NCBI GenBank assembly: GCA_964016885.1
Contig: OZ024742.1
Span: 5,704,001 to 5,768,000, forward strand
Reading direction: 5' to 3'
Length of the DNA: 64,000 nt
From: Eledone cirrhosa
Lineage: Eukaryota
The notes beneath the pieces were generated by a model. That model had not been told where the DNA came from. It saw only the letters and a program-made list of their open reading frames with translations, and made no database searches. Positions 1-15,000 of the stretch are shown one piece after another (the stretch's first letter is position 1; each line of letters begins with the position of its first letter). The position numbers and the translations under genes are program-made.

Positions 1-3000
1 GTGGTGTGTCAGTAACTCTAGTCTGGTGTGTCAGTAGCTCCAGTGTGTGGAATGTCAGAAGCTCCAGTGTGGTATGTCAGAAGCTCCAGTGTGTGGAATG
101 TCAGAAGCTCCAGTGTGGTGTGTCAGAAGCTCCAGTATGGTATGTCAGAAGCTCCAGTGTGTGGTATGTCAGAAGCTCCAGTGTGTGGTATGTCAGTCTC
201 TCCAGAGTGTGGTATGTCAGTAGCTCCAGTGTGGTATGTCAGTAGCTCCAGTGTGTGGTATGTCAGTCTCTCCAGAGTGTGGTATGTCAGTAGCTCCAGT
301 GTGGTATGTCAGAAGCTCCAGTGTGTGGTATGCCAGAAGCTCCATTGTGTGGTATGTCAGTCTCTCCAGAGTGTGGTATGTCAGTAGCTCCAGTGTGGTA
401 TGTCAGTAGCTCCAGTGTGTAGTATGTCAGAAGCTCCAGTGTGTGGTATGTCAGTAGCTCCAGTGTGTGGTATGTCAGTCTCTCCAGAGCGTGGTATGTC
501 AGTATCTCCAGTGTGGTATGTCAGTAGCTCCAGTGTGGTATGTCAGTATCTCCAGTGTTGTATGTCAGAAGCTCCAGTGTGTCGTATGTCAGAAGCTCCA
601 GTGTGTGGTATGTCTGTCTCTCCAGAGTCTGGTATGTCAGTATCTCCAGTGTGGTATGTCAGTATCTCCAGTGTGGTATGTCAGTATCTCCAGTGTGGTA
701 TGTCAGTAGCTCCAGTGTGGTATGTCAGTAACTCCAGTGTGGTATGTCAGTAGATCCAGTGTGGTATGTCAGTATCTCCAGTGTGGTATGTCAGTATCTC
801 CAGTGTGGTATGTCAGTAGCTCCAGTGTGGTATGTCAGTATCTCCAGTGTGGTATGTCAGTAGCTCCAGTGCGTGGTATGTCAGTAGCTCCAGTGTGGCA
901 TGTCAGACTCTCCAGAGTGTGGTATGTCAGTATCTCCAGTGTGGTATGTCAGTATCTCCAGTGTGGTATGTCAGACTCTCCAGAGTGTGGTATGTCAGTA
1001 TCTCCAGTGTGGTATGTCAGTATCTCCAGTGTGGTATGTCAGTATCTCCAGTGTGGTATGTCAGACTCTCCAGAGTGTGGTATGTCAGTATCTCCAGTGT
1101 GGTATGTCAGTAGCTCCAGTGTGGTATGTCAGTAGCTCCAGTGTGGTATGTCAGTATCTCCAGTGTGGTATGTCAGTAGCTCCAGTGTGGTATGTCAGAA
1201 GCTCCAGTGTGGTATGTCAGTAACTCCAGTGTGGTATGTCAGTATCTCCAGTGTGGTATGTCAGTAGCTCCAGTGTGTGGTATGTCAGAAGCTCCAGTGT
1301 GGTATGTCAGTATCTCCAGTGTGTGGTATGTCAGAAGCTCCAGTGTGGTATGTCAGTAGCTCCAGTGTGGTATGTCAGTAGCTCCAGTGTGTTATGTCAG
1401 TATCTCCAGTGTAGTATGTCAGTAGCTCCAGTGTGGTATGTCAGTAGCTCCAGTGTGGTATGTCAGTATCTCCAGTGTGGTATGTCAGTAGCTCCAGTGT
1501 GGTATGTCAGTAGCTCCAGTGTGTGGTATGTCAGAAGCTCCAGTGTGGTATGTCAGTATCAACAGTGTGTGGTATGTCAGTATCTCCAGTGTGGTATGTC
1601 AGTATCTCCAGTGTGGTATGTCAGAAGCTCCAGTGTGTGGTATGTCAGAAGCTCCAGTGTGTGGTATGTCAGTCTCTCCAGAGTGTGGTATGTCAGTATC
1701 TCCAGTGTGGTATGTCAGTATCTCCAGTGTGGTATGTCAGTATCTCCAGTGTGGTATGTCAGTAGCTCCAGTGTGTGGTATGTCAGAAGCTCCAGTGTGG
1801 TATGTCAGTATCAACAGTGTGTGGTATGTCAGTATCTCCAGTGTGGTATGTCAGTAGCTCCAGTGTGTTATGTAAGTAGCTCCAGTGTGGTATGTCAGTA
1901 GCTCCAGTGTGTTATGTAAGTAGCTCCAGTGTGTTATGTCAGTATCTCCAGTGTGGTATGTCAGTATCTCCAGTGTGGTATGTCAGTAGCTCCAGTGTGG
2001 TATGTCAGTATCTCCAGTGTGGTATGTCAGTATCTCCAGTGTGTGGTATGTCAGTATCTCCAGTGTGGTATGTCAGTAGCTCCAGTGTGGTATGTCAGTA
2101 GCTCCAGTGTGGTATGTCAGAAGCTCCAGTGTGGTATGTCAGTACCTCCAGTGTGGTATGTCAGTAGCTCCAGTGTGGTATGTCAGTACCTCCAGTGTGG
2201 TATGTAAGCAGCTCCAGTGTGGTATGTCAGTATCTCCAGTGTGGTATGTCAGTAGCTCCAGTGTGGTATGTCAGAAGCTCCAGTGTGGCATGTCAGTATC
2301 TCCAGTGTGGTATGTCAGTAGCTCCAGTGTGGTATGTCAGAAGCTCCAGTGTGGCATGTCAGTATCTCCAGTGTGGTATGTCAGTAGCTCCAGTGTGGTA
2401 TGTCAGTATCTCCAGTGTGGTATGTCAGTAGCTCCAGTGTGGTATGTCAGAAGCTCCAGTGTGGCATGTCAGTATCTCCAGTGTGGTATGTCAGTAGCTC
2501 CAGTGTGGTATGTCAGTATCTCCAGTGTGGTATGTCAGTAGCTCCAGTGTGTGGTATGTCAGTATCTCCAGTGTGGTATGTCAGTAGCTCCAGTGTGTGG
2601 TATGTCAGTAGCTCCAGTGTGGTATGTCAGTATCTCCAGTGTGGTATGTCCGTATCTCCAGTGTGGTATGTCAGTATCTCCAGTGTGGTATGTCAGAAGC
2701 TCCAGTGTGGTATGTCAGTATCTCCAGTGTGTGGTATGTCAGTATCTCCAGTGTGGTATGTCAGTATCTCCAGTGTGGTATGTCAGTAGCTCCAGTGTGG
2801 TATGTCAGTATCTTCAGTGTGGTATCTCAGTAGCTCCAGTGTGGTATGTCAGTATCTCCAGTGTGGTATGTCAGTAGCTCCAGTGTGGTATGTCAGTATC
2901 TCCAGTGTGGTATATCAGTAGCTCCAGTGTGGTATGTCAGTAGCTTCAGTGTGGTATGTCAGTATCTCCAGTGTGGTATCTCAGTAGCTCCAGTGTGGTA

Positions 3001-6000
3001 TGTCAGTATCTCCAGTGTGGTATGTCAGAAGCTCCAGTGTGGTATGTCAGTAGCTCCAGTGTGGTATGTCAGTAGCTCCAGTGTTGTATGTCAGTATCTC
3101 CAGTGTGGTATGTCAGTAGCTCCAGTGTGGTATGTCAGTAGCTCCAGTGTGGTATGTCAGTAGCTCCAGTGTGGTATGTCAGTAGCTCCAGTGTTGTATG
3201 TCAGTAGCTTCAGTGTGGTATGTCAGTATCTCCAGTGTGGTATCTCAGTAGCTCCAGTGTGGTATGTCAGTATCTCCAGTGTGGTATGTCAGTAGCTCCA
3301 GTGTGGTATGTCAGTAGCTCCAGTGTGGTATGTCAGTAGCTCCAGTGTGGTATGTCAGTATCTCCAGTGTGGTATCTCAGTAGCTCCAGTGTGGTATGTC
3401 AGTATCTCCAGTGTGGTATGTCAGTAGCTCCAGTGTGGTATGTCAGTAGCTACAGTGTGGTATGTCAGTAGCTCCAGTGTGGTATGTCACTATCTCCAGT
3501 GTGGTATGTCAGTATCTCCAGTGTGGTATGTCAGTAGCTCCAGTGTGTGGTATGTCAGAAGCTCCAGTGTGGTATGTCAGTATCTCCAGTGTGTGGTATG
3601 TCAGTATCTCCAGTGTGGTATGTCAGTAGCTCCAGTGTGGTATGTCAGTAGCTCCAGTGTGGTATGTCTGTAGCTCCAGTGTAGTATGTCAGTAGCTCCA
3701 GTGTGTTATGTCAGTAGTTCCAGTGTGGTATGTCAGTAGCTCCAGTGTGGTATGTCAGTAGCTCCAGTGTGGTATGTCAGTAGCTCCAGTGTGTGGTATG
3801 TCAGAAGCTCCAGTGTGGTATGTCAGTATCTCCAGTGTGGTATGTCAGTAGCTCCAGTGTGGTATGTCAGTAGCTCCAGTGTGGTATGTCTGTAGCTCCA
3901 GTGTAGTATGTCAGTAGCTCCAGTGTGTTATGTCAGTAGTTCCAGTGTGGTATGTCAGTAGCTCCAGTGTGGTATGTCAGTAGCTCCAGTGTGGTATGTC
4001 AGTAGCTCCAGTGTGGTATGTCACTAGCTCCAGTGTGTTATGTCAGTAGCTCCAGTGTGGTATGTCAGTAGCTCCAGTGTGTTATGTCAGTATCTCCAGT
4101 GTGGTATGTCAGTATCTCCAGTGTGGTATGTCAGTAGCTCCAGTGTGGTATGTCAGTAGCTCCAGTGTGTGGTATGTCAGAAGCTCCAGTGTGGTATGTC
4201 AGTATCTCCAGTGTGTGGTATGTCAGAAGCTCCAGTGTGGTATGTCAGTATCTCCAGGGTGGTATGTCAGTAGCTCCAGTGTGTTATGTAAGTAGCTCCA
4301 GTGTGGTATGTCAGTAGCTCCAGTGTGTTATGTCAGTATCTCCAGTGTGGTATGTCAGTATCTCCAGTGTGGTATGTCAGTATCTGCAGTGTGGTATGTC
4401 AGTATCTCCAGTGTGGTATGTCAGTATCTCCAGTGTGGTATCTCAGTAGCTCCAGTGTGGTATTTCAGTAGCTCCAGTGTGTGGTATGTCAGTAGCTCCA
4501 GTGTGGTATGTCAGTAGCTCCAGTGTGGTATTTCAGTAGCTCCAGTGTGGTATGTCAGTATCTCCAGTGTGTGGTATGTCAGTAGCTCCAGTGTGGTATG
4601 TCAGTATCTCCAGTGTGTGGTATGTCAGTAGCTCCAGTGTGGTATGTCAGAAGCTCCAGTGTGGCATGTCAGTATCTCTAGTGTGGTATGTCAGTAGCTC
4701 CAGTGTGGTATGTCAGAAGCTCCAGAGTGGTATGTCAGTATCTCCAGTGTGGTATGTCAGTAGCTCCAGTGTGGTATGTCAGTATCTCCAGTGTGGTATG
4801 TCAGTAGCTCCAGTGTGGAATGTCAGTAGCTCCAGTGTGTGGTATGTCAGTATCTCCAGTGTGGTATGTCAGTATCTCCAGTGTGGTATGTCAGTAGCTC
4901 CAGTGTGTTATGTAAGTATCTCCAGTGTGGTATGTCAGTATCTCCAGTGTGGTATGACAGTAGCTCCAGTGTGGTATGTCAGTAGCTCCAGTGTGGTATG
5001 TCAGTATCTCCAGCGTGTGGTATGTCAGTAGCTCCAGTGTGGTATGTCAGAAGCTCCAGTGTGGCATGTCAGTATCTCCAGTGTGGTATGTCAGACTCTC
5101 CAGAATGTGGTATGTCAGTATCTCCAGTGTGGTATGTCAGTATCTCCAGTGTGGTATGTCAGTATGTCCAGTGTGATATGTCAGTAGCTCCAGTGTGGTA
5201 TGTCAGTAGCTCCAGTGTGGTATGTCAGTAGCTCCAGTGTGGTATGTCAGTATCTCCAGTGTGGTATGTCAGTAGCTCCAGTGTGTGGTATGTCAGTATC
5301 TCCAGTGTGGTATGTCAGTATCTCCAGTGTGGTATGTCAGTATGTCCAGTGTGATATGTCAGTAGCTCCAGTGTGGTATGTCAGTATCTCCAGTGTGGTA
5401 TGTCAGTATCTCCAGTGTGGTATGTCAGTAGCTCCAGTGTGTGGTATGTCAGAAGCTCCAGTGTGGTATGTCAGTAACTCCAGTGTGGTATGTCAGTATC
5501 TCCAGTGTGGTATGTCAGTAGCTCCAGTGTGGTATGTCAGTAGCTCCAGTGTGTGGTATGTCAGAAGCTCCAGTGTGGTATGTCAGTATCTCCAGTGTGT
5601 GGTATGTCAGAAGCTCCAGTGTGGTATGTCAGTAGCTCCAGTGTGGTATGTCAGTAGCTCCAGCGTGTTATGTCAGTATCTCCAGTGTAGTATGTCAGTA
5701 GCTCCAATGTGGTATTTTAGTGGCTCCAGTGTGGTATGTCAGTATCTCCAGTGTGGTATGCCAGTAGCTCCAGTGTGGTATGTCAGTAGCTCCAGTGTGT
5801 GGTATGTCAGAAGCTCCAGTGTGGTATGTCAGTATCTCCAGTGTGTGGTATGTCAGTATCTCCAGTGTGGTATGTCAGTATCTCCAGTGTGGTATGACAG
5901 AAGCTCCAGTGTGTGGTATGTCAGTATCTCCAGTGTGTGGTATGTCAGTATCTCCAGTGTGGTATGTCAGTAGCTCCAGTGTGGTATGTCAGTAGCTCCA

Positions 6001-9000
6001 GTGTTTTATGTAAGTAGCTCCAGTGTGGTATGTCAGTAGCTCCAGTGTGTTATGTCAGTATCTCCAGTGTGGTATGTCAGTATCTCCAGTGTGGTATGTC
6101 AGTAGCTCCAGTGTGGTATGTCAGTAGCTCCAGTGTGTGGTATGTCAGAAGCTCCAGTGTGGTATGTCAGTATCTCCAGTGTGGTATGTCAGTATCTCCA
6201 GTGTGGTATGTTAGTATCTCCAGTGTGGTATGTCAGTATCTCCAGTGTGTGGTATGTCAGAAGCTCCAGTGTGTTATGTCAGTATCTCCAGTGTGGTATG
6301 TCAGTATCTCCAGTGTGGTATGTCAGTAGCTCCAGTGTGGTAAGTCAGTATCTCCAGTGTGTGGTATGTCAGTAGCTCCAGTATGGTATGTCAGTAGCTC
6401 CAGTGTGGTATGTCAGTAGCTCCAGTGTGGTATGTCAGAAGCTCCAGTGTGGTATGTCAGTATCTCCAGTGTGGTATGTCAGTAGCTCCAGTGTGTGGTA
6501 TGTCAGTATCTCCAGTGTGGTATGTCCGTATCTCCAGTGTGGTATGTCAGTATCTCCAGTGTGGTATGTCAGAAGCTCCAGTGTGGTATGTCAGTATCTC
6601 CAGTGTGTGGTATGTCAGTATCTCCAGTGTGGTATGTCAGTATCTCCAGTGTGGTATGTCAGTAGCTCCAGTGTGGTATGTCAGTATCTCCAGTGTGGTA
6701 TCTCAGTAGCTCCAGTGTGGTATGTCAGTAGCTCCAGTGTGGTATGTCAGTATCTCCAGTGTGGTATGTCAGTAGCTCCAGTGTGTGGTATGTCAGAAGC
6801 TCCAGTGTGGTATGTCAGTATCTCCAGTGTGGTATGTCAGTATCTCCAGTGTGGTATGTCAGTATCTCCAGTGTGGTATGTCAGTAGCTCCAGTGTGGTA
6901 TGTCAGTAGCTCCAGTGTGGTATGTCAGTATCTCCAGTGTGGTATGTCAGTATCTCCAGTGTGGTATGTCAGTATCTCCAGTGTGGTATGTCAGTAGCTC
7001 CAGTGTGTTATGTAAGTAGCTCCAGTGTGTTATGTCAGTATCTCCAGTGTGTGGTATGTCAGAAGCTCCAGTGTGGCATGTCAGTAGCTCCAGTGTGGTA
7101 TGTCAGAAGCTCCAGTGTGGCATGTCAGTAGCTCCAGTGTGGTATGTCAGTAGCTCCAGTGTGGTATGTCAGTATCTCCAGTGTGGTATGTCAGTATCTC
7201 CAGTGTGGTATGTCAGTATCTCCAGTGTGGTATGTCAGTAGCTCCAGTGTGGTATGTCAGTAGCTCCACTGTGGTATGTCAGTATCTCCAGTGTGGTATG
7301 TCAGTATCTCCAGTGTGGTATGTCAGTATCTCCAGTGTGGTATGTCAGTAGCTCCAGTGTGGTATGTCAGTAGCTCCACTGTGGTATGTCAGTATCTCCA
7401 GTGTGGTATGTCAGTATCTCCAGTGTGGTATGTCTGTATCTCCAGTGTGGTATGTCAGTAGCTCCAGTGTGGTATGTCAGTATCTCCAGTGTGGTATGTC
7501 AGAAGCTCCAGTGTGGTATGTCAGTATCTCCAGTGTGGTATGTCAGTAGCTCCAGTGTGTTATGTAAGTAGCTCCAGTGTGGTATGTCAGTAGCTCCAGT
7601 GTGTTATGTCAGTATCTCCAGTGTGGTATGTCAGTATCTCCAGTGTGGTATGTCAGTAGCTCCAGTGTGGTATGTCAGTAGCTCCAGTGTGGTATGTCAG
7701 TATCTCCAGTGTGTGGTATTTCAGTAGCTCCAGTGTGGTATGTCAGTATCTCCAGTGTGTGGTTTGTCAGTAGCTCCAGTGTGGTATGTCATTAGCTCCA
7801 GTGTGGTATGTCATTAGCTCCAGTGTGGTATGTCAGTATCTCCAGTGTGTGGTATGTCAGTAGCTCCAGTGTGGTATGTCAGTAGCTCCAGTGTGGTATG
7901 TCAGTATCTCCAGTGTGTGGTATTTCAGTAGCTCCAGTGTGGTATGTCAGTATCTCCAGTGTGTGGTTTGTCAGTAGCTCCAGTGTGGTATGTCATTAGC
8001 TCCAGTGTGGTATGTCATTAGCTCCAGTGTGGTATGTCAGTATCTCCAGTGTGTGGTATGTCAGTAGCTCCAGTGTGGTATGTCAGTTGCTCCAGTGTGG
8101 TATGTCAGTAGCTCCAGTGTGGTATGTCAGTAGCTCCAGTGTGTGGTTTGTCAGTAGCTCCAGTGTGGTATGTCATTAGCTCCAGTGTGGTATGTCATTA
8201 GCTCCAGTGTGGTATGTCAGTATCTCCAGTGTGTGGTTTGTCAGTAGCTCCAGTGTGGTATGTCATTAGCTCCAGTGTGGTATGTCATTAGCTCCAGTGT
8301 GGTATGTCAGTATCTCCAGTGTGTGGTTTGTCAGTAGCTCCAGTGTGGTATGTCATTAGCTCCAGTGTGGTATGTCATTAGCTCCAGTGTGGTATGTCAG
8401 TATCTCCAGTGTGTGGTATGTCAGTAGCTCCAGTGTGGTATGTCAGTTGCTCCAGTGTGGTATGTCAGTAGCTCCAGTGTGGTATGTCAGTAGCTCCAGT
8501 GTGGTATGTCAGTAGCTCCAGTGTGTTATGTAAGTACCTCCAGTGTGGTATGTCAGTAGCTCCAGTGTGGTATGTCAGTATCTCTAGTGTGGTATGTCAG
8601 TAGCTCCAGTGTGGTATGTCAGAAGCTCCAGAGTGGTATGTCAGTATCTCCAGTGTGGTATGTCAGTAGCTCCAGTGTGGAATGTCAGTAGCTCCAGTGT
8701 GTTATGTAAGTATCTCCAGTGTGGTATGTCAGTATCTCCAGTGTGGTATGACAGTAGCTCCAGTGTGGTATGTCAGTAGCTCCAGTGTGGTATGTCAGTA
8801 TCTCCAGCGTGTGGTATGTCAGTAGCTCCAGTGTGGTATGTCAGAAGCTCCAGTGTGGCATGTCAGTATCTCCAGTGTGGTATGTCAGAAGCTCCAGTGT
8901 GGTATGTCAGTAACTCCAGTGTGGTATGTCAGTATCTCCAGTGTGGTATGTCAGTAGCTCCAGTGTGGTATGTCAGTAGCTCCAGTGTGTGGTATGTCAG

Positions 9001-12000
9001 AAGCTCCAGTGTGGTATGTCAGTATCTCCAGTGTGTGGTATGTCAGAAGCTCCAGTGTGGTATGTCAGTAGCTCCAGTGTGGTATGTCAGTAGCTCCAGT
9101 GTGTTATGTCAGTATCTCCAGTGTAGTATGTCAGTAGCTCCAGTGTGGTATTTTAGTGGCTCCAGTGTGGTATGTCAGTATCTCCAGTGTGGTATGCCAG
9201 TAGCTCCAGTGTGGTATGTCAGTAGCTCCAGTGTGTGGTATGTCAGAAGCTCCAGTGTGGTATGTCAGTATCTCCAGTGTGTGGTATGTCAGTATCTCCA
9301 GTGTGGTATGTCAGTATCTCCAGTGTGGTATGTCAGAAGCTCCAGTGTGTGGTATGTCAGTCTCTCCAGAGTGTGGTATGTCAGTATCTCCAGTGTGGTA
9401 TGTCAGTATCTCCAGTGTGGTATGTCAGTATCTCCAGTGTGGTATGTCAGTAGCTCCAGTGTGTGGTATGTCAGAAGCTCCAGTGTGGTATGTCAGTATC
9501 TCCAGTGTGTGGTATGTCAGTATCTCCAGTGTGGTATGTCAGTAGCTCCAGTGTGTTATGTAAGTAGCTCCAGTGTGGTATGTCAGTAGCTCCAGTGTGT
9601 TATGTCAGTATCTCCAGTGTGGTATGTCAGTATCTCCAGTGTGGTATGTCAGTAGCTCCAGTGTGGTATGTCAGTAGCTCCAGTGTGTGGTATGTCAGAA
9701 GCTCCAGTGTGGTATGTCAGTATCTCCAGTGTGTGGTATGTCAGAAGCTCCAGTGTGGTATGTCAGTACCTCCAGTGTGGTATGTCAGTATCTCCAGTGT
9801 GGTATGTTAGTAGCTCCAGTGTGTTATGTAAGCAGCTCCAGTGTGGTATGTCAGTAGCTCCAGTGTGTTATGTCAGTATCTCCAGTGTGGTATGTCAGTA
9901 TCTCCAGTGTGGTATGTCAGTAGCTCCAGTGTGGTATGTCAGTATCTCCAGTGTGTGGTATGTCAGTAGCTCCAGTGTGGTATGTCAGTATCTCCAGTGT
10001 GTGGTATGTCAGTAGCTCCAGTGTGGTATGTCAGTATCTCCAGTGTATGGTATGTCAGAAGCTCCAGTGTGGTATGTCAGTATCTCCAGTGTGGTATGTC
10101 AGTATCTCCAGTGTGGTATGTCAGTAGCTCCAGTGTGTTATGTCAGTATCTCCAGTGTGTGGTATGTCAGAAGCTCCAGTGTGGTATGTCAGTAGCTCCA
10201 GTGTGGTATGTCAGTATCTCCAGTGTGTGGTATGTCAGAAGCTCCAGTGTGGTATGTCAGTAGCTCCAGTGTGTTATGTCAGTATCTCCAGTGTGGTATG
10301 TCAGTAGCTCCAGTGTGGTATGTCAGTAGCTCCAGTGTGGTATGTCAGTATCTCCAGTGTGGTATGTCAGTATCTCCAGTGTGTGGTATGTCAGTAGCTC
10401 CAGTGTGGTATGTCAGTATCTCCAGTGTGGTATGTCAGTAGCTCCAGTGTGGTATGTCAGTAGCTCCAGTGTGGTATGTCAGTATCTCCAGTGTGGTATG
10501 TCAGTATCTCCAGTGTGGTATGTCAGTAGCTCCAGTGTGTTATGTAAGTAGCTCCAGTGTGTTATGTAAGTAGCTCCAGTGTGGTATGTCAGTAGCTCCA
10601 GTGTGGTATGTCAGTATCTCCAGTGTGGTATGTCAGTAGCTCCAGTGTGGTATGTCAGTATCTCCAGTGTGGTATGTCAGTATCTCCAGTGTGGTATGTC
10701 AGTAGCTCCAGTGTGGTATGTCAGTAGCTCCAGTGTGTTATGTAAGTAGCTCCAGTGTGGTATGTCAGTAGCTCCAGTGTGGTATGTCAGTATCTCCAGT
10801 GTGTGGTATTTCAGTAGCTCCAGTGTGGTATGTCAGTAGCTCCAGTGTGGTATGTCATTAGCTCCAGTGTGGTATGTCAGTAGCTCCAGTGTGGTATGTC
10901 AGTATCTCCAGTGTGTGGTATGTCAGTAGCTCCAGTGTGGTATGTCAGTATCTCCAGTGTGGTATGTCAGTATCTCCAGTGTGTGGTATGTCAGTAGCTC
11001 CAGTGTGGTATGTCAGTATCTCCAGTGTGGTATGTCAGTATCTCCAGTGTGGTATGTCAGTATCTCCAGTGTGGTATGTCAGTATCTCCAGTGTGGTATG
11101 TCAGTATCTCCAGTGTGTGGTATGTCAGTAGCTCCAGTGTGGTATGTCAGTATCTCCAGTGTGGTATGTCAGTATCTCCAGTGTGGTATGTCAGTATCTC
11201 CAGTGTGGTATGTCAGTATCTCCAGTGTGGTATGTCAGTAGCTCCAGTGTGGTATGTCAGTAGCTCCAGTGTGGTATGTCAGTAGCTCCAGTGTGGTATG
11301 TCAGTATCTCCAGTGTGGTATGTCAGTAGCTCCAGTGTGGTATGTCAGTAGCTCCAGTGTGGTATGTCAGTAGCTCCAGTGTGGTATGTCAGTATCTCCA
11401 GTGTGGCATGTCAGTATCTCCAGTGTGGTATGTCAGTATCTCCAGTGTGGTATGTCAGTAGCTCCAGTGTGGTATGTCAGTAGCTCCAGTGTGGTATGTC
11501 AGTAGCTCCAGTGTGTTATGTAAGTAGCTCCAGTGTGGTATGTCAGTAGCTCCAGTGTGGTATGTCAGTATCTCCAGTGTGGTATGTCAGTAGCTCCAGT
11601 GTGGTATGTCTGTAGCTCCAGTGTGGTATGTCAGTAGCTCCAGTGTGGTATGTCAGTATCTCCAGTGTGGTATCTCAGTAGCTCCAGTGTGGTATGTCAG
11701 TAGCTCCAGTGTGTTATGTAAGTAGCTCCAGTGTGGTATGTCAGTATCTCCAGTGTGTGGTATGTCAGAAGCTCCAGTGTGGTATTTCAGTATCTATAGT
11801 GTGGTATGTCAGTATCTCCAGTGTGGTATGTCAGTAGCTCCAGTGTGGTATGTCAGTATCTCCAGTGTGTGGTATGTCAGTAGCTCCAGTGTGGTATGTC
11901 AGTAGCTCCAGTGTGGTATGTCAGTAGCTCCAGTGTGGTATGTCAGTAGCTCCAGTGTGGTATGTCAGTATCTCCAGTGTGGCATGTCAGTATCTCCAGT

Positions 12001-15000
12001 GTGGTATGTCAGAAGCTCCAGTGTGTGGTATGTCAGTCTCTCCAGAGTGTGGTATGTCAGTATCTCCAGTGTGGTATGTCAGTATCTCCAGTGTGGTATG
12101 TCAGTATCTCCAGTGTGATATGTCAGTAGCTCCAGTGTGGTATGTCAGTAGCTCCAGTGTGGTATGTCAGTATCTCCAGTGTGGTATGTCAGTAGCTCCA
12201 GTGTGTGGTATGTCAGAAGCTCCAGTGTGGTATGTCAGTAACTCCAGTGTGGTATGTCAGTATCTCCAGTGTGGTATGTCAGTAGCTCCAGTGTGGTATG
12301 TCAGTAGCTCCAGTGTGTGGTATGTCAGAAGCTCCAGTGTGGTATGTCAGTATCTCCAGTGTGTGGTATGTCAGAAGCTCCAGTGTGGTATGTCAGTAGC
12401 TCCAGTGTGGTATGTCAGTAGCTCCAGTGTGTTATGTCAGTATCTCCAGTGTAGTATGTCAGTAGCTCCAGTGTGGTATTTTAGTGGCTCCAGTGTGGTA
12501 TGTCAGTATCTCCAGTGTGGTATGCCAGTAGCTCCAGTGTGGTATGTCAGTAGCTCCAGTGTGTGGTATGTCAGAAGCTCCAGTGTGGTATGTCAGTATC
12601 TCCAGTGTGTGGTATGTCAGTATCTCCAGTGTGGTATGTCAGTATCTCCAGTGTGGTATGTCAGAAGCTCCAGTGTGTGGTATGTCAGTCTCTCCAGAGT
12701 GTGGTATGTCAGTATCTCCAGTGTGGTATGTCAGTATCTCCAGTGTGGTATGTCAGTATCTCCAGTGTGGTATGTCAGTAGCTCCAGTGTGTGGTATGTC
12801 AGAAGCTCCAGTGTGGTATGTCAGTATCTCCAGTGTGTGGTATGTCAGTATCTCCAGTGTGGTATGTCAGTAGCTCCAGTGTGTTATGTAAGTAGCTCCA
12901 GTGTGGTATGTCAGTAGCTCCAGTGTGTTATGTCAGTATCTCCAGTGTGGTATGTCAGTATCTCCAGTGTGGTATGTCAGTAGCTCCAGTGTGGTATGTC
13001 AGTAGCTCCAGTGTGTGGTATGTCAGAAGCTCCAGTGTGGTATGTCAGTATCTCCAGTGTGTGGTATGTCAGAAGCTCCAGTGTGGTATGTCAGTACCTC
13101 CAGTGTGGTATGTCAGTATCTCCAGTGTGGTATGTTAGTAGCTCCAGTGTGTTATGTAAGCAGCTCCAGTGTGGTATGTCAGTAGCTCCAGTGTGTTATG
13201 TCAGTATCTCCAGTGTGGTATGTCAGTATCTCCAGTGTGGTATGTCAGTAGCTCCAGTGTGGTATGTCAGTATCTCCAGTGTGTGGTATGTCAGTAGCTC
13301 CAGTGTGGTATGTCAGTATCTCCAGTGTGTGGTATGTCAGTAGCTCCAGTGTGGTATGTCAGTATCTCCAGTGTGTGGTATGTCAGAAGCTCCAGTGTGG
13401 TATGTCAGTATCTCCAGTGTGGTATGTCAGTATCTCCAGTGTGGTATGTCAGTAGCTCCAGTGTGTTATGTCAGTATCTCCAGTGTGTGGTATGTCAGAA
13501 GCTCCAGTGTGGTATGTCAGTAGCTCCAGTGTGGTATGTCAGTATCTCCAGTGTGTGGTATGTCAGAAGCTCCAGTGTGGTATGTCAGTAGCTCCAGTGT
13601 GTTATGTCAGTATCTCCAGTGTGGTATGTCAGTAGCTCCAGTGTGGTATGTCAGTAGCTCCAGTGTGGTATGTCAGTATCTCCAGTGTGGTATGTCAGTA
13701 TCTCCAGTGTGTGGTATGTCAGTAGCTCCAGTGTGGTATGTCAGTGTCTCCAGTGTGGTATGTCAGTATCTCCAGTGTGGTATGTCAGTAGCTCCAGTGT
13801 GGTATGTCAGTATCTCCAGTGTGGTATGTCAGTATCTCCAGTGTGGTATGTCAGTAGCTCCAGTGTGTTATGTAAGTAGCTCCAGTGTGTTATGTAAGTA
13901 GCTCCAGTGTGGTATGTCAGTAGCTCCAGTGTGGTATGTCAGTATCTCCAGTGTGGTATGTCAGTAGCTCCAGTGTGGTATGTCAGTATCTCCAGTGTGG
14001 TATGTCAGTATCTCCAGTGTGGTATGTCAGTAGCTCCAGTGTGGTATGTCAGTAGCTCCAGTGTGTTATGTAAGTAGCTCCAGTGTGGTATGTCAGTAGC
14101 TCCAGTGTGGTATGTCAGTATCTCCAGTGTGTGGTATTTCAGTAGCTCCAGTGTGGTATGTCAGTAGCTCCAGTGTGGTATGTCATTAGCTCCAGTGTGG
14201 TATGTCAGTAGCTCCAGTGTGGTATGTCAGTATCTCCAGTGTGTGGTATGTCAGTAGCTCCAGTGTGGTATGTCAGTATCTCCAGTGTGGTATGTCAGTA
14301 TCTCCAGTGTGTGGTATGTCAGTAGCTCCAGTGTGGTATGTCAGTATCTCCAGTGTGGTATGTCAGTATCTCCAGTGTGGTATGTCAGTATCTCCAGTGT
14401 GGTATGTCAGTATCTCCAGTGTGGTATGTCAGTATCTCCAGTGTGTGGTATGTCAGTAGCTCCAGTGTGGTATGTCAGTATCTCCAGTGTGGTATGTCAG
14501 TATCTCCAGTGTGGTATGTCAGTATCTCCAGTGTGGTATGTCAGTATCTCCAGTGTGGTATGTCAGTAGCTCCAGTGTGGTATGTCAGTAGCTCCAGTGT
14601 GGTATGTCAGTAGCTCCAGTGTGGTATGTCAGTATCTCCAGTGTGGTATGTCAGTAGCTCCAGTGTGGTATGTCAGTAGCTCCAGTGTGGTATGTCAGTA
14701 GCTCCAGTGTGGTATGTCAGTATCTCCAGTGTGGCATGTCAGTATCTCCAGTGTGGTATGTCAGTATCTCCAGTGTGGTATGTCAGTAGCTCCAGTGTGG
14801 TATGTCAGTAGCTCCAGTGTGTTATGTAAGTAGCTCCAGTGTGGTATGTCAGTAGCTCCAGTGTGGTATGTCAGTATCTCCAGTGTGGTATGTCAGTAGC
14901 TCCAGTGTGGTATGTCTGTAGCTCCAGTGTGGTATGTCAGTAGCTCCAGTGTGGTATGTCAGTATCTCCAGTGTGGTATCTCAGTAGCTCCAGTGTGGTA